Of a DNA stretch of 64,000 bases, positions 46,600 to 57,201 are shown one piece after another. Location of the stretch: contig JAUWMI010000003.1 in assembly GCA_030613245.1 (NCBI GenBank), forward strand, positions 65,062-129,061, given 5' to 3'. Numbering within the stretch: the first letter of the stretch is position 1; the number at the start of each line of letters is the position of its first letter. Under the pieces are notes generated by a model, which searched no databases, was not told where the DNA came from, and was given only the letters and a program-made list of their open reading frames with translations. A program made the position numbers and the translations under genes. Source of the stretch: Candidatus Sumerlaeota bacterium (GTDB taxonomy: Bacteria; Sumerlaeota; Sumerlaeia; MWCT01; JAUWMI01).

Positions 46600-47532
46600 G
46601 TGTTGCTCATGTCCGATATTCATCGCGTTTCAGATGTGCCAAAGACAAGATGGTTCGCGAGCCTCAGGGATGCCCGCGTACGCGCAGCCTATTTGTTCAT
46701 CGCTCTGCCTTGCATTGTGGTCGCTGTTTTTGTGTTGGCTCCCTGCCTCTGGGCTATTGCACTCAGCTTTTATAAAAGCGATGGGATCAACCCTGCCATA
46801 TTTATTGGACTCAAGAATTACGGTAAAATGCTCGATGATTCCGTGGTCTGGATTTCGTTTCTCAACACGTTCTACTATGTGGCGGGAACCGTGCCTGTCT
46901 CGATTATCCTGTCGTTTTACATTGCCGTGATCCTGAACGAAAAGTGGTTTAAGGGCCGCAGTCTTATGCGAACGATTTACTTCCTGCCCGTAGTTGTGGC
47001 AATGGTTGCCGTGGCATTCGTCTGGCAATGGCTGTACAATCCGTCGTTTGGCATAATCAACCGCCTTATGCAGCTGGTCGGCCTGCCGCCGCAGATATGG
47101 CTCGGCGACCCCTGGCTTGCGATGCCATGCATCATTCTAGTGAGTATCTGGAAGGGCCTGGGGTTTTTCGTTATTATCTATCTGGCAGGGCTGCAAGGCA
47201 TCCCTTCGATGTATTACGAGGCGGCCAGCCTTGATGGCGCAAACCGGTGGCAGCAAATTCGCCACGTCACCTGGCCTCTCTTGTTTCCGACCACCTGCTT
47301 TTTAACCATCATGGGCGTGATTGGCGGATTTCAGGTGTTCGAGCAAGTGTACGTAATGACGCGAGGAGGGCCGGTGAACGCTACCCGCGTGGTGCTCTAT
47401 TACCTCTGGGAAAAGGGATTCGTGTCATTGGAGCTTGGCTACGCCTCAGCGATTGCGGTGTTGCTGTTTATCGTGGTGTTGGGCATCACGCTGCTTCAGT
47501 TGAAGTACTATACGCCGAGAATGGAATTTTGA
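46600..47532 (+). CDS. Carbohydrate ABC transporter permease (MalF/UgpA family)
   Basis: Six TM. EAA-like loop …YYEAASLDGANRWQQIRHVTWPLL…. Confidence 0.8.
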   Translation: MLLMSDIHRVSDVPKTRWFASLRDARVRAAYLFIALPCIVVAVFVLAPCLWAIALSFYKSDGINPAIFIGLKNYGKMLDDSVVWISFLNTFYYVAGTVPVSIILSFYIAVILNEKWFKGRSLMRTIYFLPVVVAMVAVAFVWQWLYNPSFGIINRLMQLVGLPPQIWLGDPWLAMPCIILVSIWKGLGFFVIIYLAGLQGIPSMYYEAASLDGANRWQQIRHVTWPLLFPTTCFLTIMGVIGGFQVFEQVYVMTRGGPVNATRVVLYYLWEKGFVSLELGYASAIAVLLFIVVLGITLLQLKYYTPRMEF

Positions 47533-47631
47533 TCCAGATTTTGCAGGAGAAAAAAGAAGATCATAGCCGATGCCTGATAACCTAAAACAGGGGAGCCAAA
47601 AGGGCTTTGGAAAGCGATCCCAGCGGGTGTG

Positions 47632-47746
47632 CACAAAAAGATTGAGGCAATTTCATCCGCCTTGGTGGATGAAATTGCGCGCAAGTAAAGGTTTAGGAGG
47701 GAAGCGCGAGGGGTGACCCTTTTTCTAAAGGGTTCCCCTCGCAATG
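47632..47746 (-). repeat. MITE-like structured repeat, copy 3 (reverse orientation), between the two permease genes
   Basis: The reverse complement matches the gcgaggggaaccctttagaaaaagggtcacccctcgc and caatttcatcc..ggatgaaattg hairpins. Confidence 0.7.
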
Positions 47747-47798
47747 CCAAATGTGTCGCCTGGTTTAATTCAGGTTTTCTTAGACGAGAAGTGATACT

Positions 47799-48629
47799 AT
47801 GAACACGCGGACGGTTATATTTCGAGCGCTCTGCTACGTTGTTATAGTGGTAGGTGCGATTTCGTTCCTGTTTCCATTTATGTGGATGGTCTCAACGTCG
47901 TTAAAGACCGACCAGGATGTGTTCACGTGGCCGCCGCGGCTCGTGCCTCAGCCTGTGCGGTTCCAGAATTACGTTGATGCGTGGAACTCAGCACCCTATG
48001 CGCGCTTCTTTTTTAACAGTGCGTTCATTGCGCTGGCAGTCACGCTGGCAAATCTGTTTTTTAGCAGTCTGGCGGGGTACGCCTTCGCCAAGTATAAATT
48101 TCCAGGCAGGCAGTGGATTTTTATCGCTTTATTGTGTACTATGATGATTCCGTTCCAGGTTACCATGATCCCGGTCTTCGTGATCCTGAGCAAGTTGCAC
48201 TGGGTTGATACCTATTGGGGACTGATCATCCCGTTTACCGCGGGTGCGTTCGGGATTTTTCTCATGCGCCAGTTCCTGAGCACCATCCCTGACGACTTGA
48301 TTGACGCGGCGCGGATTGATGGGTGCTCGGAGTTTCGTACTTTCCTGACGATTGTTCTCCCGCTCTCCAAGCCAGCGCTCAGCGCGCTCGGCATTTTCGT
48401 ATTCATGGCATCCTGGAACGGATTCATCTGGCCTTTCATTATTGTGAAAAGTACCGAGATGAAGACGTTGCCGCTGGCGGTTGCCGACCTCGCTGAAGGG
48501 TTGTACGTCATGAGCTGGCCGCTGATGATGGCTGGCGCATGCTTCGTGGTGCTGCCGGCAATAGTTGTCTTCTTGCTATTCCAGAAGAATTTCGTTGAGG
48601 GTATCACCCTTACAGGGATTAAGACCTGA
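47799..48629 (+). CDS. Carbohydrate ABC transporter permease (MalG/UgpE family)
   Basis: …IDAARIDGCSEFRTFLTIVLPLSKPAL… EAA motif. Confidence 0.8.
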   Translation: MNTRTVIFRALCYVVIVVGAISFLFPFMWMVSTSLKTDQDVFTWPPRLVPQPVRFQNYVDAWNSAPYARFFFNSAFIALAVTLANLFFSSLAGYAFAKYKFPGRQWIFIALLCTMMIPFQVTMIPVFVILSKLHWVDTYWGLIIPFTAGAFGIFLMRQFLSTIPDDLIDAARIDGCSEFRTFLTIVLPLSKPALSALGIFVFMASWNGFIWPFIIVKSTEMKTLPLAVADLAEGLYVMSWPLMMAGACFVVLPAIVVFLLFQKNFVEGITLTGIKT

Positions 48630-48640
48630 GGAGGGCGTGC

Positions 48641-50026
48641 ATGGCGAGATGGATACGAGCCATTTTTGCGTGGGGCAGCGCAGCAGGTTTGGTGCTGGCG
48701 CTGACAGCATGTGGCGAGGCGCCGTCTTCGTCGCAAGAGGGAGAGGAAAATCGTCCGGCCAAAAGCGGCAAGAAGGTCGTCATCGAAATGTCGGTGTGGG
48801 GGATGCCGTGGGAGAACGACCTGTATCGGGAAATTTACATTCCGGCATTTGAGCAACAGAATCCCAACATCGAGGTGAAATTCTACCATTTCCCCCGCTA
48901 CAACGAGCGACTGCTGACACTATATCGCGCAGGCGAATCGCCTGATGTGATGCGGCAGAACATCGTGTGGGGCGGACTCTTCATGTCGAAAGGGACGAAC
49001 CGGGCTCTCGATAAATACATTGATGGCCCGGATGGTGTGGATTGTGACGATTTCCTTCAGATCCTGTGGGACAGGGTCACGTTTGACGGCAAGACGTATG
49101 GCCTGCCGCAGGATATTAATATGTTCGGCCTCTTTTACAATAAGGACATTTTCGACAATGCGGGCATTGCGTACCCGGATGCGAGCTGGACGTGGGACGA
49201 TCTCGAGCGAGTGGCCAAACGCCTGACAAAGGTGGTGAAAAAGCGGGTAGAGGTCTTCGGCTACGACGCTATGTGGACATCAATGGAATTCATGAGCTAT
49301 TTCTTGCAAGCAGGCGGGAAAATATGGAGTGAAGATGGGCGGCAATGCCTGATTAATAGTTCCGCTGGTGTCGAAGCCCTCAGCTTCTGGAAGTCAATGA
49401 TCTACGAGTTTCACCTGGCGCGCTCAGGCGATATGCGAGGCGGCACAGCCATCGGGCCGGACAAGTTCTTCGAGATGGGCAAAACTGCGATGTTTATAGA
49501 CGGCACGTGGCGCATCCCGGCGATCATGCGGAATGCGCCTGAGCTGCGCTTTGGCGTTGCACCTCTGCCGCGACACCGGAGGGCCGTCACTATTGGCACC
49601 TCCTGCTACTGGGCAATCAGCAAGCAGTCGAAGCATCCTGACGAGGCGTGGAAGTTGATAAAGTTCATGAACAATACCGAGAACCTGCTGAGCTACTGGC
49701 GTGTGCTGTGGGTAGCGCCGCCAGCCAGGTGGTCTGCGCTGCGCGACCCGCGATTTCGCCAGATTACCGGTCTAGACACGCGCATCCCGGGCCTGCCGGA
49801 GGAGGAATTCGAGGAAAAGTGCGGCTGGATTCTCTACTGCCTGGAAAATGGCATCACCTCAACTGAACAGGTGCACCCACGCCTGGGCGATCTGATCAGC
49901 GAGTTGACAATTGCAATTGATAAAGTGCTCGTCATGCGCTCAAAAGTCGACCCGCAGGACGCCCTGGACGAATGCGTCAAAAAAGTGAATAAGGTTCTCG
50001 AGGAAGATACGCAGTTCATATATTAG
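48641..50026 (+). CDS. Carbohydrate ABC transporter substrate-binding lipoprotein (SBP_bac_1)
   Basis: Lipobox LALTAC. Family-1 sugar-binding-protein architecture. Confidence 0.75.
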   Translation: MARWIRAIFAWGSAAGLVLALTACGEAPSSSQEGEENRPAKSGKKVVIEMSVWGMPWENDLYREIYIPAFEQQNPNIEVKFYHFPRYNERLLTLYRAGESPDVMRQNIVWGGLFMSKGTNRALDKYIDGPDGVDCDDFLQILWDRVTFDGKTYGLPQDINMFGLFYNKDIFDNAGIAYPDASWTWDDLERVAKRLTKVVKKRVEVFGYDAMWTSMEFMSYFLQAGGKIWSEDGRQCLINSSAGVEALSFWKSMIYEFHLARSGDMRGGTAIGPDKFFEMGKTAMFIDGTWRIPAIMRNAPELRFGVAPLPRHRRAVTIGTSCYWAISKQSKHPDEAWKLIKFMNNTENLLSYWRVLWVAPPARWSALRDPRFRQITGLDTRIPGLPEEEFEEKCGWILYCLENGITSTEQVHPRLGDLISELTIAIDKVLVMRSKVDPQDALDECVKKVNKVLEEDTQFIY

Positions 50027-50322
50027 CACCGCGAACGGCGCTTACCGGACGCCGGTCTAACGCGCCGATGAGGTGGCTATTCGTGAAGTTAATACGCAAT
50101 GCGTTACCGGGGCACCGGGAAAGCCCCAAACAAATTATTGGCAAGCTATTTTGTTAATTCGTCCTTTAAGAGCCCGGGCTTTTTACCTCTCCTTATTGGC
50201 CCTTTTTTTCTTCTTTCTGGTTTGAATTTGTAACTTCGGATTAGCCTTTTCGCCGCCTTCTTCTTCCCACTCTTTACTGCTTTCATTTGTAACCTCCTGT
50301 GTGAAAATCTAAGAAGCAAACC

Positions 50323-51189
50323 TCAACCGGGCCTTTGATACGACCGCGTCACGTGCTTGGCCACACTATCCAGTTCCGGGAATAAAGTAAGTTCCCCAAC
50401 GCCTGCAATCTGAAGGTTGTCCCAAACCGCGGCCAAATTATTGCGGTCAAGCATTATACACGCCAGGTGCAGTTTAGCTTGGGGGTCCCTGTCCGTTGCG
50501 ATTTCATCGATAGGGTGTTTGGAACGCCCGAATATGATAAAGGTACCTTGCTGGGCAATTATTCGAGGATTGGAGCGGGGTACGTGGATTGCGACGGGAT
50601 GTCTGTTTATATTATATGAACCTGGTTTCTTAAGGACCTCTGGAAGGTAAGGGTCAGAATAATCGCCTGGAGTACCGAAGAGGAACTTCTTGCCATGAGA
50701 CCACCAGTTAAGAGTGCCAGGGTCAAGCATCCAAATTGTTGGAGAATGTTCGTCGTAGATAGGAGACTTTGGACCTCTAGCGAGCATTTGCTCGAGATAG
50801 GCTTCGTCTTGTTTCAGAAACTCGCTGCTGGTAGCATAATAAATGGCAGCCAGGGCGTTCTCGGTCCAGTCTAGAAGCCTCGTTGGCATTTGATAATGTT
50901 GGGCAAGAAAATACCACTCCCAGTCATTGCTTGGCCGGGGACTAGCAAAGGCCGCAGCAAGGCCTTTGAAGGCTGTAAATATGGTGATCTCATCATATCT
51001 GTATTTCTCAATCTCTGGACGGTATAGTCCTGGTGTTAATTTATAGCTCCGATTTGGCTGGCCCCTAAACCAGATCTCTTCTGTATGCTTTCCAGTGGGA
51101 TTCCATGCGCGACGAATCTCTTTGATACGCTCGAATACTTCGGCGACCGAGCTAGCATGCTTTTCGATGATCATAATAGATTCTCCCAT
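50323..51189 (-). CDS. FRG-domain protein
   Basis: Conserved WFRGQ motif near the N-terminus (…TEEIWFRGQPNRSYKLTPGLYR…). GC is lower than the flanking genes. Confidence 0.55.
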   Translation of the reverse strand: MGESIMIIEKHASSVAEVFERIKEIRRAWNPTGKHTEEIWFRGQPNRSYKLTPGLYRPEIEKYRYDEITIFTAFKGLAAAFASPRPSNDWEWYFLAQHYQMPTRLLDWTENALAAIYYATSSEFLKQDEAYLEQMLARGPKSPIYDEHSPTIWMLDPGTLNWWSHGKKFLFGTPGDYSDPYLPEVLKKPGSYNINRHPVAIHVPRSNPRIIAQQGTFIIFGRSKHPIDEIATDRDPQAKLHLACIMLDRNNLAAVWDNLQIAGVGELTLFPELDSVAKHVTRSYQRPG

Positions 51190-51369
51190 TTACTGCTATG
51201 CGTACCACTTAATGCAAACGAGCGTTCCTTTTCCAACGCACTCAGGAAACCTGACCAATTTTGGCGGGTGAAAAATAAAATATGCAATAGCACACAGAAC
51301 CACCACGACTAGGGAAGTGACCAGCACAGTGCAAGCGCGGTCCTAGTAGTTCATTTTGCTCTACTCCTT

Positions 51370-51930
51370 TTAGTTTGGTGGACAGCACTTTTCTAATATG
51401 ACGTCACTCCAACCTTTTCTCTTAAGTTCACCTAGTACCGTTATTTTGTGACCCACCCGCAGTTGAGCTAAATCGTCTCGGTATCTATCCTCAAAATAAC
51501 ATTTAACAGAGTAAACTACTGACCACTCAGCCGAAGCCGCCCACTCGACATCAAGTTCAACATAAGCATCATCAAACCAATCCGTACCTATTTTTTGCAC
51601 AACACCTGTGACGTATAGATATTTGCCTTTGTACTTTTTATCAGCGGCGAATTCATTCACTTGGTAATCACGGTATAGCTTAACTGCTGTAACCCGTATT
51701 ATCCCTGGCGCCTCAACCCACATTGGCGTAGGTATAAATATTGTAGGCGTTGGTCTTGGCGTAGGTGTCGATGTATCTGTAGGTGTTGTTATAGCCGTAG
51801 GTGCTGGCGTTAGCATTGGCGTTGGCGCAAGTCTAGACATAGACATCGCCGGACTTTCAACTTGATCATTGCATCCTGTCAAGATGACGAGGGTAAACGC
51901 TAAACAGGCTAATCGTTTTAGAGAGTTCAT
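51370..51930 (-). CDS. Lipoprotein with Pro/Thr-rich linker and C-terminal OB-fold-like domain
   Basis: Lipobox LTGC. TPTDTSTPTPRPTPT linker. C-terminal …KYKGKYLYVTGVVQKIG…. Confidence 0.45.
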   Translation of the reverse strand: MNSLKRLACLAFTLVILTGCNDQVESPAMSMSRLAPTPMLTPAPTAITTPTDTSTPTPRPTPTIFIPTPMWVEAPGIIRVTAVKLYRDYQVNEFAADKKYKGKYLYVTGVVQKIGTDWFDDAYVELDVEWAASAEWSVVYSVKCYFEDRYRDDLAQLRVGHKITVLGELKRKGWSDVILEKCCPPN

Positions 51931-52193
51931 TTCGCCCGCTTCTTTCCGATTCATCATAGTTTCCATTCTCTCTTGCGAATCGTATCAATAAGCACCTCTG
52001 GTGCGACTTTCTTCAGGCATTTCTGAGCAGTAGCAAATCGTTCATGTCCAGACAGGCCGGGTATAATCGTAACTGCTGTACAACCTCATTTTCTGCAAGT
52101 TGCATATCCTGCCTTAATTTCTTTGCCTAACGTATCAGGTCTGATTTCGCAAATCAAGGCAAACTTGTAAACAATAGACTGCCCAAAATACTG

Positions 52194-52269
52194 CCACAGA
52201 TACGCGGAGACACAGAGATTTTAAGGCACGAAATCAGTTCCTTGCTCTGTGTCTCAGTGTCTCCGTGGC
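52194..52269. repeat. Inverted repeat hairpin built from two copies of the CCACnGAnnCnnGAGACACAGAG motif
   Basis: ccacagatacgcggagacacagag ... ctctgtgtctcagtgtctccgtgg. Related single motifs occur at 36874..36897 and 46283..46307. Confidence 0.6.
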
Positions 52270-52339
52270 TTTACTTGGCTGTTCGATAATACCTGTAGCG
52301 GTAGCATTTATGCTACAACAGGTGCGATGAATCGCACCG

Positions 52340-53452
52340 CTACTGGCGGGGGTTTTTCTCAGACAGTGTGGGGGTGGTTGAGGTGCGGAGTCTTACGCGG
52401 GGGGAGGTGGTAGTGTCGTCGAGACGGACCATGGGCATTTCTGGCCTTACCGGAACGGTTGTGATCTGCTCTTTTTTCGGCAGGAAGTCATCTATGCTTT
52501 TGCGGAACATGTCAGCCTGGGGTGATGAAATCAGGAAGATTTGATCTTTCGCTGTACGCTTTACGTAGTATTGTCCTTTTGGCTCTTCCCGTTCGTTCCC
52601 GATGTGCAGTGTCGGAGTAGAGCTATAGTCCTGGAGCGAGGCTTGAATAGAGAATTGTGGTGGATCGAGCCCAAAGGCTTCCAGCGGTTGCTCGTCGTCA
52701 TTATCCTCAAAACTTGCTGCGCGCAAGCGAGAGAAGCTCGACACGTAGCGGCTCACTGCGGTCGTATCCGCAGCTTGAACCGAGGGCTTAACGATTTGCC
52801 ACGTGCCGTCAGCGAATTTTTTTAGCTGGATCGTCTCGTCAGGCGACTGCAGGGTAAGGGCGGTAATGGTGTCAGGCATGTAGTCGCAGATCATACGGTC
52901 GCGCCATGCATCAGCGCCGGGGCGCGACACCATGTGCGTAAGCATGACATTGACTTTCAACACGTCGTCCGAGTCGGCCTTACGCACATAGCTGGACGAG
53001 AAGTCGGTAGTCATTTTGCCGATCATGACGTCTTCGAGCACGTTGCCCGTTGCATCGACGAACTTCAGCTGCGTTCCAGTGAAAGGGTCAACTTGAAATC
53101 GTGGGTGATTAGCAGGATTGTGCGAGACGACTTCGCCTTCGCTCACGTTGGTGAGCGCCTGGAACAGGGCAGTGACGACTCGCGCATCTGCTTCGCGTTT
53201 TCTCGCCTCATCAACGTACCAGTTGCCGTCAGCTTTTACCAGTGTTGCGGTGGTTTGGCCATTGAACTGTGAGATTTCAATTCGTGCACAGGCGCCGGCT
53301 GAGACGTTCTGGAATATCGGCACGCGTGTAATCTCAGCCTGGCCGGAAGGAAGCCCTCTGGGTTTTTCCGAGAATGGCTTTTCAATCAAAAGAAATGCCA
53401 CGACCAGGACGATCGCAACACCAAGCAGAAGTAGTGCATTTTTGGATTTCAT
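52340..53452 (-). CDS. DUF4340 domain protein (accessory to GldG-type ABC system)
   Basis: N-terminal TM (MKSKNALLLLGVAIVLVVAFLL). Length and neighbourhood typical of DUF4340. Confidence 0.55.
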   Translation of the reverse strand: MKSKNALLLLGVAIVLVVAFLLIEKPFSEKPRGLPSGQAEITRVPIFQNVSAGACARIEISQFNGQTTATLVKADGNWYVDEARKREADARVVTALFQALTNVSEGEVVSHNPANHPRFQVDPFTGTQLKFVDATGNVLEDVMIGKMTTDFSSSYVRKADSDDVLKVNVMLTHMVSRPGADAWRDRMICDYMPDTITALTLQSPDETIQLKKFADGTWQIVKPSVQAADTTAVSRYVSSFSRLRAASFEDNDDEQPLEAFGLDPPQFSIQASLQDYSSTPTLHIGNEREEPKGQYYVKRTAKDQIFLISSPQADMFRKSIDDFLPKKEQITTVPVRPEMPMVRLDDTTTSPRVRLRTSTTPTLSEKNPRQ

Positions 53453-53487
53453 AGCCTTAAGGACCCTATCAAAATGGAATTCCAATA

Positions 53488-53556
53488 CTCCTAAGGCGCA
53501 TTAACCACTACGACACAACGGAGGTGTAGGGGCAGGCCTTGTGCCTGCCCTATTAT
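53488..53556 (+). repeat. ~70-bp REP-like repeat (partner of 45963..46045)
   Basis: ggcgcattaaccactacgacacaac...gtaggggcaggccttgtgcctgccctattat. Confidence 0.6.
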
Positions 53557-53559
53557 CCC

Positions 53560-53737
53560 GGATTTTGCATCAGGAAAGGCGAGGGGAACCCTTTGGAAAA
53601 AGGGTTACCCCTCGCGCTCCCCTCCTAAACCTTTCTTTACGGGCAATTGCATCCGCCTTCGCTAAGCTTCGGCGAATGCAATCGCCACCTTATATCCTTA
53701 CACCTTTTTGTGATCGAGGAAAGATGCAATAGAGTGA
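53560..53737 (+). repeat. MITE-like structured repeat, copy 4 (long form), inside the gld-type operon intergenic space
   Basis: About 90% identical to 2399..2577. Compensatory change attgcatccgcc..ggcgaatgcaat compared with atttcatccgcc..ggcgaatgaaat in copy 2. Confidence 0.7.
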
Positions 53738-53818
53738 CCCTGACTTCTATTTTTGATGTAAGAGACGTCGTGTCGTCGTGGTTTAATATTCCTTTTTATT
53801 TCCTCTTAGTGTTCTTAG

Positions 53819-55453
53819 CTAATCCACCATAAGCGTTTCGTAGTAGCGGCGTTTCCGCCGCTTCAGCACAATACACCCCAGCCCAAACAGAATTACCAGT
53901 ACACTGGCGCCGAGTGTATCGAGATAGCGTACGGTTGCCTTTTGTGCGTCAGAGAGCTCACGCAAGGGGCGATCGGTGACCTCTCGTGCTCGAATGCCAA
54001 TGAGATCCTCCCCCAGAACCATCCAGTCTACAGCGTTCTGCATGAATATGAGATTGCTTGGAAACTGGAAGAGGTGGCGATCTGCGACGAAACGTGCATT
54101 GCCGACTACCAGAATTTGAGTCTCGCTACTCTCGGTGATAGTCTGCGGTTCATCGGGTCGAGGCGAAGGAGGTGTAGTCTCTGGTTGCGTCGGCTCTTCA
54201 GGGATCGGCTTATCTTTGAAATAACTCGTGAACTTGCCGTTGACGAAAACAGCCAGAGGCAGTTGCTCTACGTCTTCCTTTTTCGGACGGAGTCGCTGCT
54301 GCGGATTGAGATTAAAAGGCGCCTGTTGGCTTAGCGCATACGGCGTAGTTGATACCAGCCGGGCGACTTCCAGGCCTTGCGCCGCAGCCTCGTTGGCTTC
54401 CACTGAACTGGACCAGGGGAGTACGAGAGATTCCAGCCTATTCACGATTTGACTATCCGATGAGAATCCCTCTTTTCTGACTTTGACAAAGAACGGATAG
54501 GGCAAAGTAAAGCTCACAAAGCCGGTGTTGAACGATGCCATGGAATGCGAGCGCAAGTCTGCAACCAGATCGCTGTGCACGTTGATGCCGTAGTGTTTGA
54601 GCAGTTTGGTGATGTTTGGGACCTTGACCGACGCATTCAGTGCGTCTTCCTCGAATTCCACAGTATCTATAAGGCAAATCAGTTTGCCTCCATTCATAAC
54701 GAATTGGTCGAGATCGTAGAGCTGACGATCCGTGAAGTCCTGTGGGCTAATAATGATCAGTGCAGCAAGGTTGCGCGGGATGGCATTCCTCTGGGTGAGA
54801 TCAATATAGCGCACACTGTACTGGCGTTCCAGCGCTTCGGTAAGGTGTCGATAGTCCTTCTTCAGATCCAGGCGTGGATTGTTGGTCAGGAGCCCGATGG
54901 GGCGAACCTGTGCGCTGATCACCTTAACGATGGCACTGGTGATATTATACTCCAGATTTTCTACACCGCGTGGCAGTACTGCTGGAATGACTTCGCGCCG
55001 ATCTTCATACTCGATAGACATCGCGAGGTAGGCATTTATCACCTGGTATTTGTCGTGTTCGAGTATATTCAACTGTACCTGGGGGATGCCTTGAAATTGC
55101 AGGGTACGGGCCAGTTGGGGATCGCCCTTTGGGTCAATAAATTCAACGCGCAAATTTCCCTTCGCGTAGGTCTGGTATTCTTCCAAGAGATCTCCAACCT
55201 GGCGCCTGAAATTTGTCATGTACGGCGGGAGCGTCTTGGAGAAATAGGCCTTGATCGTCAGAAGATCCTCTAGCCCGGCGACTACGCGCTTGCTCGACTT
55301 TGAAAGCGTGTACTGCTTATTATGCGTCAGGTCGAAACGGTGAAAGTGGCGGGCCGAAAAGAGATTAATGACAGCCAGAATAATCACTGCCGATACGATC
55401 ATAAGGAGCGTATTCGTGCCATAGCGTAGCTGTTTCGCTGCTCGTCGCTTCAT
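53819..55453 (-). CDS. GldG-like ABC transporter auxiliary component
   Basis: N- and C-terminal TM anchors. Typical GldG length (544 aa). Directly downstream of ABC-2 permease and ATPase genes. Confidence 0.7.
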   Translation of the reverse strand: MKRRAAKQLRYGTNTLLMIVSAVIILAVINLFSARHFHRFDLTHNKQYTLSKSSKRVVAGLEDLLTIKAYFSKTLPPYMTNFRRQVGDLLEEYQTYAKGNLRVEFIDPKGDPQLARTLQFQGIPQVQLNILEHDKYQVINAYLAMSIEYEDRREVIPAVLPRGVENLEYNITSAIVKVISAQVRPIGLLTNNPRLDLKKDYRHLTEALERQYSVRYIDLTQRNAIPRNLAALIIISPQDFTDRQLYDLDQFVMNGGKLICLIDTVEFEEDALNASVKVPNITKLLKHYGINVHSDLVADLRSHSMASFNTGFVSFTLPYPFFVKVRKEGFSSDSQIVNRLESLVLPWSSSVEANEAAAQGLEVARLVSTTPYALSQQAPFNLNPQQRLRPKKEDVEQLPLAVFVNGKFTSYFKDKPIPEEPTQPETTPPSPRPDEPQTITESSETQILVVGNARFVADRHLFQFPSNLIFMQNAVDWMVLGEDLIGIRAREVTDRPLRELSDAQKATVRYLDTLGASVLVILFGLGCIVLKRRKRRYYETLMVD

Positions 55454-55454
55454 T

Positions 55455-56183
55455 TCAAGCCCACTTTCGTCTTTCCACTGAGCGGATATTCAAGAACAAG
55501 AAAAAGGCAATCACCGACAAATAATAGACTATATCCCGTGTATCAATAACCCCGCGACTGATGTTTTCAAAATGCGTTCCCAGCCCGAGAAAGTCAAACA
55601 CCGGCACCAGAGCCGAGGGAATGGAAAACAATACGATCGGCTCGCCGATGATAAAGAGAACAAACGATAATGTCACGCCAACAATGAAGGCCACGATCTG
55701 ATTCTCCGTGAGGCTGGAGGCGAACAACCCGATGGCCAGGTACGCAGCACCAAGCAACAACATGCCCAGGTAGCCGCCAACTATGGGCCCCATGTCGACC
55801 CCAATGTTCGGGTCGCTAATCGTTACAAGAGTGAGAGGCAAGGGAAAGGTCAGGGCAATCGTAACGGTCAGTAGCGCAAAGGCGGCAAAGAACTTGCCGA
55901 GCACCGCCTCGTGATCCTTAATCGGCAGGGTCATCAAAATTTCCAGTGTGCCGAGTTTCTTCTCCTCGGCCCAGAGCCGCATGCTCACTGCTGGAATGAA
56001 AAACAAAAACAGCCATGGAGTCAGCGAGAAGAAGTCGCGTAGCACTGCCTGGTTGATCAGAAAGAAGCCACGAAAGAAAATCCAGCTCGTCAGCACGAGG
56101 AAGACAATGATGAAAATATACGCTGCGGGCGAATTGACGTAGCTGCGAAATTCCTTTTTGAAAATCTGGTAGATGTTTGCCAT
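55455..56183 (-). CDS. ABC-2 type transporter permease (GldF-like)
   Basis: Six TM, 242 aa. Confidence 0.7.
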   Translation of the reverse strand: MANIYQIFKKEFRSYVNSPAAYIFIIVFLVLTSWIFFRGFFLINQAVLRDFFSLTPWLFLFFIPAVSMRLWAEEKKLGTLEILMTLPIKDHEAVLGKFFAAFALLTVTIALTFPLPLTLVTISDPNIGVDMGPIVGGYLGMLLLGAAYLAIGLFASSLTENQIVAFIVGVTLSFVLFIIGEPIVLFSIPSALVPVFDFLGLGTHFENISRGVIDTRDIVYYLSVIAFFLFLNIRSVERRKWA

Positions 56184-56241
56184 ACGCGATAATCCGTCGT
56201 TTTTGCTGCGCCAGAAACTCTAGGCACTGCACCAAAGCGCA

Positions 56242-57201
56242 CTAGGTGGCTTTGTCTTTGGTTGTCAGCTGCTTGAAAACTTCCTCCAGGCTCACATGTT
56301 CCCGGCTGAGCTCAGTGAGTGTCCATTCATTGGCCACGGCCAGCTGAAAGATATCTTCGCTCGGGTCTTGCATTTCTCTGGGCTTCACTTCATAGCGTGA
56401 AAAGCCGCTGGGTTCTGAGCTGACCATGCTTACGCGCTCAACTGCTGCCAGGTCGTTCAACTTCTCCTGGACCGCCTCGGTCGGGCCATTCAGCTTGACG
56501 AAGATGTTGATACTGCCGCGACCTTTGCGCATCAGCTGTTCGGGTGTGCCATCCGCCACCAGTACACCGTCGTTGATAATAATGGCGCGATCACACATCG
56601 CGGTGACCTCGGGGAGAATGTGCGTGGAGATAATAATGGTTTTCTCTTTCCCGATTTTTCTAATCATCTCCCGGATTTCAATGATCTGATTCGGATCGAG
56701 CCCCGACGTTGGTTCATCCATCACAAGGATGTCCGGGTCGTGAATGAGAGTCTGGGCGAGGCCTACTCGCTGGCGATAGCCGCGCGAAAGTTCGCCAATG
56801 TCCTTTTTAATTTCGCGCTCCAGGCTGCAGATTCCAACCATGTCTTTAACTTTTTTGAGCCGCTTACCAGATGGAATGCCCCGGATCGCAGCCACGAAAA
56901 GGAGATAGTCAACAACGCCAGTGTCCAGGTAAAGCGGATTATTCTCTGGCAGGTAGCCGACGCGACGGCGCACCTCAAGCGAATTCTCCACCACGTCGTA
57001 TCCCGCGACTTCCACAGAGCCGCTGTCCGCGGGCAGGTAGCAGGTGAGGATTTTCATTGTGGTGGTCTTGCCTGCGCCGTTCGGGCCCAGGAAGCCCAGA
57101 ATTTCGCCCTGGCGTACGTCAAATGAAATGTTATTGACGGCAATAGTTGCGCCGAATCGTTTCGTCATATTGCGAACTTTGATCATGCGCTGGTCTTGCA
57201 A
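56242..57201 (-). CDS. ABC transporter ATP-binding protein (GldA-like)
   Basis: Walker A GPNGAGKTT. Signature LSRGYRQRVGLA. Walker B ILVMDEPTSGLD. Confidence 0.85.
   Translation of the reverse strand: MQDQRMIKVRNMTKRFGATIAVNNISFDVRQGEILGFLGPNGAGKTTTMKILTCYLPADSGSVEVAGYDVVENSLEVRRRVGYLPENNPLYLDTGVVDYLLFVAAIRGIPSGKRLKKVKDMVGICSLEREIKKDIGELSRGYRQRVGLAQTLIHDPDILVMDEPTSGLDPNQIIEIREMIRKIGKEKTIIISTHILPEVTAMCDRAIIINDGVLVADGTPEQLMRKGRGSINIFVKLNGPTEAVQEKLNDLAAVERVSMVSSEPSGFSRYEVKPREMQDPSEDIFQLAVANEWTLTELSREHVSLEEVFKQLTTKDKAT

Noticed and set aside
54545-55273. 242-aa plus-strand ORF
   Set aside because: It is antisense to the GldG-like gene.
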